From a virus, in the IMG/VR virus record IMGVR_UViG_3300005441_000004, positions 1 through 41,503 of that record: a stretch of DNA of 41,503 bases; one strand, 5' to 3'. Shown piece after piece: positions 7,761 to 14,559 of this stretch. Both the position numbers and the translations under genes were made by a program. Numbering within the stretch: the first letter of the stretch is position 1; each line of letters opens with the position of its first letter. The notes below the pieces were generated by a model. It saw only the letters and a list, made by a program, of their open reading frames with translations, made no database searches and had not been told where the DNA came from.

Positions 7761-7954
7761 CAGAACAAATCTCCCTCGTCACCGGTCACCGAGTCCCACA
7801 CCTGCTTGCCGTCGCGCTCGACCACCTGCACCTCGGTGTCCCCGGCCGCATCGAAGTCGTTGCCGGAACTGGGGGTAAGGGTCTCCTGCTCCATCGCCTG
7901 GGCGACGGCGCTCTTGATGTCGTCCGCCTCGACGTGGTGCACCTGTGTCATCAT
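7760..7954 (-). CDS. Small, very acidic protein (64 aa)
   Basis: ATG 7954. An alternative GTG at 7984 gives 74 aa. TGATG overlap with the GT-B start. Rich in D and E. Confidence 0.45.
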   Translation of the reverse strand: MMTQVHHVEADDIKSAVAQAMEQETLTPSSGNDFDAAGDTEVQVVERDGKQVWDSVTGDEGDLF

Positions 7955-7976
7955 TTTGGCCAACACGACTACGTAT

Positions 7977-8579
7977 TCAGCCACGGGCCCGGACCTCGTC
8001 TCGGTGGTGGCGGCCGGTGGGCGCTTCGTCGTAGTCGAGGTCCGGGCCCGACACGGGGATTCCGCCCGGCGGGGTGTGGTGCTGGGGCTGGAACTCGTGG
8101 GTGAGCAGGTCGTAGGGCTGGGTGTCCTCGAACAGCGCACGCTGGATCTGGGCGTTGTACGCGGACAGATGCTGCGTCCCCCAGTCCGCCGGGAGTACGC
8201 CGCGGAACAGGCCGCGGGGAGCGTCGAACCCGATCAGCGCGTCCAGCCGGGCGGTCTCCGCGGCACACGCCTGCGCCACGACGGTGTCGGCGTCGGCGAT
8301 CGGTGTGTGCACGGCGGTGATCTCCAGCTCTTCGGTGCTCGGGCGCCGCCGGGCGCGCGGGGTGGCCGGGTAGATCAGGTCTCCGAGGGCGACGCAGGTG
8401 ATCATGGCCAGCGCCATCAGTACCACGCCCATCACCGCCGCCTCCCCGAGCGGGATGCGCCCGGCCGCGGCGGGGTAGGCGCGGAAGGCGAGGTAGCCGA
8501 AGCAGGTCAGCAGCGGCAGCACCACGCGCGCGATGCGGGTGGCCAGCGGCGCCGGGGTGATGGGGTCGAAGGTGATCAC
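7977..8579 (-). CDS. Membrane protein (200 aa) with two N-terminal TM segments and a soluble C-terminal domain
   Basis: GTG 8579 in a GTGA overlap. The longer 270-aa track form reads through promoter P2. Confidence 0.55.
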   Translation of the reverse strand: MITFDPITPAPLATRIARVVLPLLTCFGYLAFRAYPAAAGRIPLGEAAVMGVVLMALAMITCVALGDLIYPATPRARRRPSTEELEITAVHTPIADADTVVAQACAAETARLDALIGFDAPRGLFRGVLPADWGTQHLSAYNAQIQRALFEDTQPYDLLTHEFQPQHHTPPGGIPVSGPDLDYDEAPTGRHHRDEVRARG

Positions 8580-8752
8580 TGGTCGGCCTTTCCGAGGATG
8601 TTGGCGGTACCGGCGACGACGAGGGTAAACGCGATCGGGGCCAGCAGCGCGAAGGTGGCGGGTTTGCCGAGGGCGAGCACCATCGTGGGCAGCTGCGGGA
8701 CCGCGATCGCGGTGAGCAGCAGGGCCAGGGAATAGAGCGCTCGCTTCAGCAT
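8576..8752 (-). CDS. Small membrane protein (58 aa, two TM), probably translated from a leaderless mRNA
   Basis: ATG 8752 begins 7 nt downstream of the P2 -10 hexamer, and there is no SD. Confidence 0.55.
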   Translation of the reverse strand: MLKRALYSLALLLTAIAVPQLPTMVLALGKPATFALLAPIAFTLVVAGTANILGKADQ

Positions 8753-9186
8753 GCCGTCGAGTCTGGCACACTTGGCACACTTTGCACAAGAGGCTTTTCC
8801 GGGACGCCTTGCGCGAACAGGGTTCCGCCGAAGATGCCGCTGCGCTCGTGCGCGACCGCGTCGGCGAAGCACGCCCGCGCGACTGGGCACCGCGCGCACA
8901 CCGCCTTCGCCGCGTCGTGCCGACGCGCGGTGGCCGCGGCAGTGGTGCCGTAAAGCTTGGACTCCGGCGGATCGAACAGGTACGCGATGTCCGGGTAGCA
9001 GGCCGCGCCGGCGAGGACGTCGTCCGCGGGCAGCGTGCCGAGGTGGGCGTAGGCGGGCTGGGGCCTGCGTACTGCGCGCAGCCCGGCGCGCGCCCGCCGC
9101 TGCGTCTCGCGCTGGCACGGCGTGCAGCTGGGCTTCCCGGCGGGGATGACGTGGCGCCCGGACCGGCACGGCCGTGCGCCGCTCAT
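8746..9186 (-). CDS. whiB: WhiB-family transcription regulator (146 aa) with a Cys-containing N-terminal extension
   Basis: AACYPD...AKAVCARCPVARACFADAV...GIFGG is the classic WhiB four-Cys and GIWGG-type pattern. ATG 9186. Confidence 0.8.
   Translation of the reverse strand: MSGARPCRSGRHVIPAGKPSCTPCQRETQRRARAGLRAVRRPQPAYAHLGTLPADDVLAGAACYPDIAYLFDPPESKLYGTTAAATARRHDAAKAVCARCPVARACFADAVAHERSGIFGGTLFAQGVPEKPLVQSVPSVPDSTAC
8760..8789 (-). promoter_or_regulatory. Promoter P2: TTGTGC-N18-CAGACT
   Basis: The minus strand reads TTGTGCaaagtgtgccaagtgtgcCAGACT. It lies inside the 3' end of whiB. Confidence 0.6.
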
Positions 9187-9190
9187 CCGG

Positions 9191-9688
9191 CTACCCACGG
9201 CGGCGCTCCAGCTGCGCGAGTTCGAAGTCCATCGAGAGCGGGTCGGGGTTGCCGAGGTTGACCACGTGGAAGTAGAGGGCGTGCCGGACGGCGTCGGTGG
9301 TGTGCGGCCGGCCCTGATCTGGCCAGAGACCGGCCGCAGTCAACCGCGCATCGACGGCCCACCCTTTTGCCGCCGCGGCGTTGCGCAGCTTAACCCGACC
9401 CGGGAACGCCGCCTCGAGCGCGCCGAGGGTGTCGCGGGCGCGCTGCCCAGCCGCCGCGGTGCTCGAGCGGCCGGCGCGGCGGCTGACCACGAACCGCTCG
9501 GCGGCGATCCACCACGGACCAGCAGGTGCCGCGAACGACTTGATCCACTGGTCGAGCGCGTAGCCGATCTCGCCCGGTTCCAGCGGCGCGCCGAGGTGGG
9601 CGCGCAGCCGGTAACCGCGCTCGGGCGTGTACTCGACGGCGGCCAGGCCGGTCGTGCCGCCGGGGTCGACTCCGATCACAAGGCTCAT
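9191..9688 (-). CDS. RuvC-like Holliday junction resolvase (165 aa)
   Basis: VIGVDPGGTTG, AAERF and HTTDAVRHAL catalytic-type motifs. ATGA overlap at 9685-9688. Confidence 0.75.
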   Translation of the reverse strand: MSLVIGVDPGGTTGLAAVEYTPERGYRLRAHLGAPLEPGEIGYALDQWIKSFAAPAGPWWIAAERFVVSRRAGRSSTAAAGQRARDTLGALEAAFPGRVKLRNAAAAKGWAVDARLTAAGLWPDQGRPHTTDAVRHALYFHVVNLGNPDPLSMDFELAQLERRRG

Positions 9689-10026
9689 CGCTTCCACCCC
9701 AGTTCGACGAGTTTTGCCGCCAACTCGCGCGTACGCCGCGGATCTGGGAAGGAAGGCAGCGCGCGAGCGATGTCTGCGGCGAGCCGGCTGATGAGCAGCT
9801 CGGTGTCGTGATCGTTGACCGGGATGTGGCGCACGACCTCCGCGTCAAGCCGGTCGGAGTAGAACGCGGTGCTGTGCTTGCCCGGGTTGGCCGGGTCGTC
9901 CAGGCCTATCGAGACGCGGCCGTCGTCGCGGGGGCTGATTCGGTCGATACGCCAGATGGCGCCGGACTTCAGCGTGAGCATGTCGCCCACCGTGTACGTG
10001 GCGCTCTGGGTGTGCGTGGTCCTCAT
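9685..10026 (-). CDS. Hypothetical protein (113 aa)
   Basis: Track ORF. ATGA overlap with the upstream small gene. Confidence 0.55.
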   Translation of the reverse strand: MRTTHTQSATYTVGDMLTLKSGAIWRIDRISPRDDGRVSIGLDDPANPGKHSTAFYSDRLDAEVVRHIPVNDHDTELLISRLAADIARALPSFPDPRRTRELAAKLVELGWKR

Positions 10027-10169
10027 CGCGTGTGGCTCCAGCTCTCTCGGGCCTGTTGCGCGCAGGCGGGGAACGCGCCGCCCCAGATCGCCCCGGCCGC
10101 CGCGAGCGCGGCCACCCAGACGAGGCAGCCGCGGTTGCGGCGAACGAGGCGACGAGGGTGCTTGCTCAT
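10023..10169 (-). CDS. Small membrane or secreted protein (48 aa), leaderless
   Basis: ATG 10169 begins 6 nt after the P3 -10 hexamer. Hydrophobic CLVWVAALAAAGAIWGGAF. Confidence 0.5.
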   Translation of the reverse strand: MSKHPRRLVRRNRGCLVWVAALAAAGAIWGGAFPACAQQARESWSHTR

Positions 10170-10175
10170 GCCCCG

Positions 10176-10205
10176 AGTCTCACACACCTTGCACAACTCG
10201 CACAA
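10176..10205 (-). promoter_or_regulatory. Promoter P3: TTGTGC-N18-GAGACT
   Basis: The minus strand reads TTGTGCgagttgtgcaaggtgtgtGAGACT. Confidence 0.6.
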
Positions 10206-10217
10206 GTTACGGTCTGG

Positions 10218-11963
10218 TCACGTCGCCCCGCCGAGGCAGCGCGCGGCGATCCGCGGGTCCGCCAGCAGCTCGGCGGTGGCGTTCGCCTTCCCGGCCAGTA
10301 CCTCCCGGACGCGGGAGTCCACGGTGTCCTCGGCGACGATGTCGATGATCTCGATCGAGTCGTGAATCTCCGAGCCGATGCGGTGGCACCGGTCCTCGGC
10401 CTGGCTCGCCTCGACGAAGCTCCACGGCCGCTGCAGGAACACGACGGTGTCCGCGGCAGTGAGCGTGATCCCGACCCCGCCGGCGCCGGTGGTAGCGCAA
10501 ATGACATCGGTGTCGTTCGCTTGAAACTGCATGATGGCCGCAGTTCGCTCCCTCATTGACTGGTTGCCAATGACGTACCCGGCGCGGAACCCCTCCCGCT
10601 CCAGCCGCGCGCCGGCCAGCCGGATGAGCTTCGCGCTGGGGGCGAACACCACCGACTGCCGGCCGCGCCGCTCCTCGAGAACCGATACCAGCTCATCGAC
10701 CTTCCAGCTCGGCTCTTTCGGATGCACGTGCACGTGCATCTTCGGTAGGCCGGTGTCCTCGTCGACGTCGGGGCCGTGAGTGATCTCGACGTCGCACGCC
10801 GAGTTGGCCAGGGCGAGCAGGCGCGTGAGCCGGGCAAGCACGTCGAACGCCGGAAGCTGCTGGCCGTCCTCAAGCACGGCGAGCATGTCGCGGTGCATCT
10901 CGTCGTAGGCCCGGCGCGCCGCAGGCGGCAGCGTCACCACCCGCTCGGAGTAGACCTTCGGCGGCAACTCGGGCAGCACATCCTCTTTCGCCAGCCGCCG
11001 GTAATGCCCAGTCAGGCACATCCGGAACTCCGGCTCCCGGTGCCGGTTGAGGCCCAGGACGTCGTCGGAGTAGTCGCCCGCGACGACGTCGAGGTAGCGG
11101 GCGGCGAACCGCTCGGCGCTCGGCCAGCTCACCGGGTCCATCGCCTTGAGCGCCTGATGCAGGTCGCCGGCGTGGTGGGTGATCGGCGTACCGGACAGCG
11201 GCACCACCACCTGCGCCCGGCGGGCCACCTTGAGCGCAGCCTTCGAGCGCGCGGACGTCGCCGACTTGATCAGGTGCGCCTCGTCGATCACGACGGCGGA
11301 GAAACCGGTTACCCGGTGCGCGCGGACCGAGCCGGGTGCGAGGTCGCGGGCCAGCGTCTCGTAGCTGGTCACCAGCAACTCGGGCCGGTCGTCGAGGAAC
11401 CGGCTACGGTGCGGCCCACGGTAGGCGGCCACCCGCCACGGCATCCACCGGGTCGCGTCACGAACCCAGCTGTCCACGACCGAGGCGGGGCAGATCACCA
11501 GCATCGGCGCGGCCAGCGGCAGCACGCCCCGCTCCCGCAGCTCGAGCAGGCCGAGCAGGGTGGTCAGGGTCTTGCCGGTGCCGGGGTCGTCGCAGATCAA
11601 GGCCTGCAGCCCGGCGGCGATGAGCTGCGCCCCGGCCACCTGGTAGCTGCGTGGCTCCGGCGCCCCGGCGTTGACGCGGGCCTTGAACTCCGGCAGTACG
11701 CTCCGGCGTTGCACCTGCTCGTAGATCCAGGCGCGTAGTCGCGGCCCGGGGATCCAGGCCGGCCCCATCTCGCCGGCGATCTGGCACACCACCGGCCACC
11801 GCAGCGGCACCTTCAGCCCGCCGGGCGGGTCGGTCGCGGTGAAGTGCGGCGTCAGCAGGTGCAGACGCCCGACCGCTTCGGCGATGTTGCCGGTGCCGAA
11901 CAGGATGAGGGTCTCGCCGTCGGCGTGGATCTCGCCGTGCACCTGATAGCGGGGCGTGGTCAT
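10218..11963 (-). CDS. SNF2/RAD54-family DNA-dependent ATPase/helicase (581 aa)
   Basis: DDPGTGKT (motif I), VVIDEAHLIK (motif II), TTGAGGVGITLT and QAEDRCHRIGS (motif VI). Confidence 0.85.
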   Translation of the reverse strand: MTTPRYQVHGEIHADGETLILFGTGNIAEAVGRLHLLTPHFTATDPPGGLKVPLRWPVVCQIAGEMGPAWIPGPRLRAWIYEQVQRRSVLPEFKARVNAGAPEPRSYQVAGAQLIAAGLQALICDDPGTGKTLTTLLGLLELRERGVLPLAAPMLVICPASVVDSWVRDATRWMPWRVAAYRGPHRSRFLDDRPELLVTSYETLARDLAPGSVRAHRVTGFSAVVIDEAHLIKSATSARSKAALKVARRAQVVVPLSGTPITHHAGDLHQALKAMDPVSWPSAERFAARYLDVVAGDYSDDVLGLNRHREPEFRMCLTGHYRRLAKEDVLPELPPKVYSERVVTLPPAARRAYDEMHRDMLAVLEDGQQLPAFDVLARLTRLLALANSACDVEITHGPDVDEDTGLPKMHVHVHPKEPSWKVDELVSVLEERRGRQSVVFAPSAKLIRLAGARLEREGFRAGYVIGNQSMRERTAAIMQFQANDTDVICATTGAGGVGITLTAADTVVFLQRPWSFVEASQAEDRCHRIGSEIHDSIEIIDIVAEDTVDSRVREVLAGKANATAELLADPRIAARCLGGAT

Positions 11964-12259
11964 TCGACCGGAAACAGAATCTTTATCCGGGGTGACGTCA
12001 CGTCGTGCTCGAGCAACGTGGTCAGGTCGTCGATGTCCGTCCCGCGACTGTCCCGGCCCGTGTGGATCAACACCATGAATGTGCCGCGAATAGCGCTCAC
12101 CGGCCCGCAGAACTGCACCTTAAACGCGGTGTATTCCGTCGGGTTCGGCGCGGTGCCGCCGCCGTAGAGCGTGATGGGGTCGCCGTGCGCGAGCGACGGC
12201 ACCGGGAAGTACTGGCCGTTGAACGGTCCACCGACGCAGCGTAGATCTACTTTGTCCAT
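11960..12259 (-). CDS. Hypothetical protein (99 aa)
   Basis: ATG 12259 lies 4 nt after GGAGGAAG. ATGA overlap with the SNF2 start. The 120-aa track form is trimmed. Confidence 0.6.
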   Translation of the reverse strand: MDKVDLRCVGGPFNGQYFPVPSLAHGDPITLYGGGTAPNPTEYTAFKVQFCGPVSAIRGTFMVLIHTGRDSRGTDIDDLTTLLEHDVTSPRIKILFPVE

Positions 12260-12297
12260 CGCTTCCTCCGGGTGAGCGGCGCGGGCGGCCAGCAGGC

Positions 12298-12524
12298 CCC
12301 TTACGCCGTCGTGTCCAAGCACGGCACGTGCCCGCGCCGCTCGCGTAAGGGCGCCCCCTCCCCGTCTTCACGTCGCCGTAGCGATCATCGAGGGAGGGGG
12401 CGCCGAGGCGGGGAGGTGGAGCCTTCCATCCACCTTGGCCGGTCGCCCCCGGTGCTGATCAAGAAACAACACCGGGGCGGACCCCGCGGGGTGAGGCGGG
12501 CGTGTGCGCTGCAACGCCTGCACA
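12298..12524. other. Cluster of palindromes and stem-loops in a 311-bp non-coding gap
   Basis: 9-bp inverted repeat 12298-12306 / 12343-12351 enclosing the palindrome GGCACGTGCC (12323-12332). 12-bp stem 12351-12362 / 12392-12403. 7-bp stem 12414-12420 / 12429-12435. 8-bp stem 12447-12454 / 12470-12477. Palindrome ACCCCGCGGGGT (12481-12492). TGTGC/GCACA pair at 12503-12507 / 12520-12524. Confidence 0.5.
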
Positions 12525-12570
12525 TGGAGGGCCACGCAGCTCAACACGTACGGCGCCCGCCCCACGTTCT

Positions 12571-13734
12571 CTACTGCGCGGGCGCGCCGCCGAGCAGGTT
12601 CCCGAACATCGCCTGCGCCTGGGGGTCCAGGCCCGGCGCGGCGTAGGGCTGCGGGGCGGGCGGGCCCTGGGGCTGCCCGTTGAACGACGGCGCCGGCGCA
12701 GGCGCCTGCTGCGCCGCGGGGGGTGTGGTCGGTGCAGCGGCCGGGGGGACCTGCTGCGCCGGCGCCGCCTGCTGGGGGGCGTAGCCGTTCTGCTGCTGAG
12801 CGAGCCACGCCGCGTACGCCGGGTCCTGGGGCGGCTGCGCGTACTGCTGCGCGGCCGCGGGCGGGGCCTGCATCGGCGGCTGCTGGTACTGCTGCGCGCC
12901 CGGGACCGGCGTGGCGTACTGGAGATCCTGCGGAGGCTGCTGCGCCTGCTGGTGCGCCACGCTCCCGGCGGGGGCCGCGGGCATGCCCCCCTGCTGCTGG
13001 ACCTGGTCCGCGGGGACGTACTCCCAGCGGATGACCTTCTTCGGGGAGCCGCCGCCGCGGCTGGGCTCGGTGTGGGTGAAGGTGCCGCGGATCATCGACC
13101 CGCCCTCGGGCAGCCGCCGCTTCCCGCCGGAACCCGCCGAGACGGCCTCCTCGAACGCGGTGCGCTGGTGCCCCTTGAATTCCATGATCGACTTGGTGCC
13201 GTCGGGGTTGACCAGCGGGACGTCGAGGACCATCTCGGTGCTGATGGACTGGTCCTTGCGCCGGACCGGCTGGCCGTTGAAGCTCACCTGGTGCACGTCG
13301 GAGTCCCGGAGATCCCGCTCCACCATGCCGATGTTGACGTGGCCGGGCTGCGGGAACTTCCAGTACGCCGCGCCCGCCGGGCGCTGGTTCATGTAGTCGT
13401 CCAGCGAGCCCTGCGCGGGGGTGAACGCCGGGGGCTGCGCCGCGGCGTACGGGTCGTAGGCGGGCGCCGGGGGCTGGCCGTAGGCGGCCGGATTGCCGTA
13501 CGCGTTGAACGGCTGAGGCATCGCGTACGGGTTCGGCGCGGCGGGCGGGTACTGCGGGGCGTACGGGTTCTGCTGCTGGGGCGGTGCCGGCGGCGCATAC
13601 TGCGCGGGCGGCTGCTGCGGGTAACCCGGCTGGGCGAACTGCTGGGGCGGGTACCCCGGGGGCGACGCCTGCACGGGCTGCTGCGCCGGCCCCGGGGTCT
13701 GCCCCCAGGCCGCGGGGAACTGCGGTGCGGTCAC
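12571..13734 (-). CDS. Pro/Gln-rich protein (387 aa) with a central globular domain, function unknown
   Basis: Track ORF with a GTG start. The N- and C-terminal thirds are P/Q/A low complexity. The central segment (about 140 aa) has ordinary composition. Confidence 0.65.
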   Translation of the reverse strand: MTAPQFPAAWGQTPGPAQQPVQASPPGYPPQQFAQPGYPQQPPAQYAPPAPPQQQNPYAPQYPPAAPNPYAMPQPFNAYGNPAAYGQPPAPAYDPYAAAQPPAFTPAQGSLDDYMNQRPAGAAYWKFPQPGHVNIGMVERDLRDSDVHQVSFNGQPVRRKDQSISTEMVLDVPLVNPDGTKSIMEFKGHQRTAFEEAVSAGSGGKRRLPEGGSMIRGTFTHTEPSRGGGSPKKVIRWEYVPADQVQQQGGMPAAPAGSVAHQQAQQPPQDLQYATPVPGAQQYQQPPMQAPPAAAQQYAQPPQDPAYAAWLAQQQNGYAPQQAAPAQQVPPAAAPTTPPAAQQAPAPAPSFNGQPQGPPAPQPYAAPGLDPQAQAMFGNLLGGAPAQ

Positions 13735-14075
13735 TGGTCGATCCGTTCTCGAGAAGGAGTGGTGCGTGGTCGTTTCCGGCCCGGCCGACCGCTATCTGAC
13801 GGCGGGGCAAACCCGCGGGCGAAGGGACTCTCAGCCGGTGGCCCTTGTCTTTCATCGCCTGCGGGGTGGTGCAGGCCTGGCAGCGGCGGCGGGCGTAGTC
13901 GCACACGTTGCTCGTGCCGGCCGCCGCGTGCCCTGGCCAGGATGTTCATCGGGGGTCGTTGCCTCTCCCCTCGGCGCTGCCCGGGATCGGGTCCGGGAGT
14001 CCACTGCCATTGCCCAGGGCACGCCCTGTCCTGACGTCGCGGTCCGGAATGCCGCGGGGGCGGCGCCGTGGCACG

Positions 14076-14105
14076 AGTCTTGCATACTTCGCATGATTCG
14101 CACAA
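14076..14105 (-). promoter_or_regulatory. Promoter P4: TTGTGC-N18-AAGACT
   Basis: The minus strand reads TTGTGCgaatcatgcgaagtatgcAAGACT. It starts 3 nt after the upstream TAG. Confidence 0.55.
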
Positions 14106-14108
14106 GCC

Positions 14109-14249
14109 CTAGTTGTCGAGGATCATCCAGCCGTGCCAGCGGCCACGCCAGCGCAACGCGAACCCGCACACGATGTCGTCCTTGGTGAGCCAGGTGGCGC
14201 GCCGGCGGAACGTGCCCAGCGTCTGGTGGCGGGTGTGAAGGATTTTCAC
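14109..14249 (-). CDS. Small Trp/Arg-rich protein (46 aa)
   Basis: GTG 14249 in a GTGA overlap. High third-position G+C. It is the C-terminal part of track ORF 14109..14345. Confidence 0.4.
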   Translation of the reverse strand: MKILHTRHQTLGTFRRRATWLTKDDIVCGFALRWRGRWHGWMILDN

Positions 14250-14350
14250 CGCTGCCGCCCCCGCTGAGACACCCAGATGTGGCACACCTCGAGCACCTCG
14301 AACCACACGAGGACCCAGAGCAGTACGGAAAACCCTTGTGTCCACGTCAT
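14246..14350 (-). CDS. 34-aa single-TM peptide
   Basis: ATG 14350 in a TGATG overlap. Product is MTWTQGFSVLLWVLVWFEVLEVCHIWVSQRGRQR. High GC3. Confidence 0.4.
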   Translation of the reverse strand: MTWTQGFSVLLWVLVWFEVLEVCHIWVSQRGRQR

Positions 14351-14559
14351 CACGTCACCGTCCCCTCCGGAGCGATCGTGGCCAGCATCGCCATCGCCAG
14401 CGCAAGGTTCGACGCGGTCAAGGCCGAGCGGGTGGCATACTCCCCGCTGGCGCTGTGAAAAGTCTCCGGCGAGCCCGTCGGTAGCTGGCCGTTCATGGCC
14501 CGCTCGGCGTGCTGCTCCCAGTACCGGGCAGCCTGGGCGTAGGTGTCGCGGTCCAGCAT
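14350..14559 (-). CDS. Hypothetical protein (69 aa)
   Basis: ATG 14559 in a TAATG overlap with the Cas4-like stop. The gene is flanked by a 14-nt direct repeat. Confidence 0.5.
   Translation of the reverse strand: MLDRDTYAQAARYWEQHAERAMNGQLPTGSPETFHSASGEYATRSALTASNLALAMAMLATIAPEGTVT

Noticed and set aside
6720-8735. A 671-aa plus-strand ORF across the glycosyltransferase region, and a 720-aa minus-strand ORF at 20204..22366 across the polymerase.
   Set aside because: Both are shadow ORFs. The opposite strands encode recognisable GT and PolA motifs.
7977-8789. Cys-rich N-termini such as MCKVCQVCQTR (also MCELCKVCETRG at 10023..10205 and MCESCEVCKTR at 13731..14105) look like CxxC zinc-finger peptides.
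   Set aside because: They are simply translations of the phased TGTGC promoter repeats. The real genes start downstream (8579, 10169) with overlap, SD or leaderless signals.
12368-14034. 512-aa (minus) and 510-aa (plus) ORFs overlapping the Pro/Gln-rich gene.
   Set aside because: The CCG/CAG/GCC-type repeats keep all frames open. Only the 12571..13734 frame has a normal-composition central domain and a sensible stop/start context.
13731-14074. Two small overlapping ORFs (42 aa from GTG 14074, 72 aa from ATG 13949) downstream of P4.
   Set aside because: The products are Arg/Pro/Gly-rich and do not look like proteins, and the first start is too close to the -10 hexamer. They are not annotated as CDS and are left as an open question.
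13766-14188. A plus-strand 140-aa ORF preceded by GAGAAGGAG.
   Set aside because: The product is Arg/Gly/Ala-rich and runs antisense through promoter P4 and the leftward genes. The SD-like string is the complement of coding or leader sequence.
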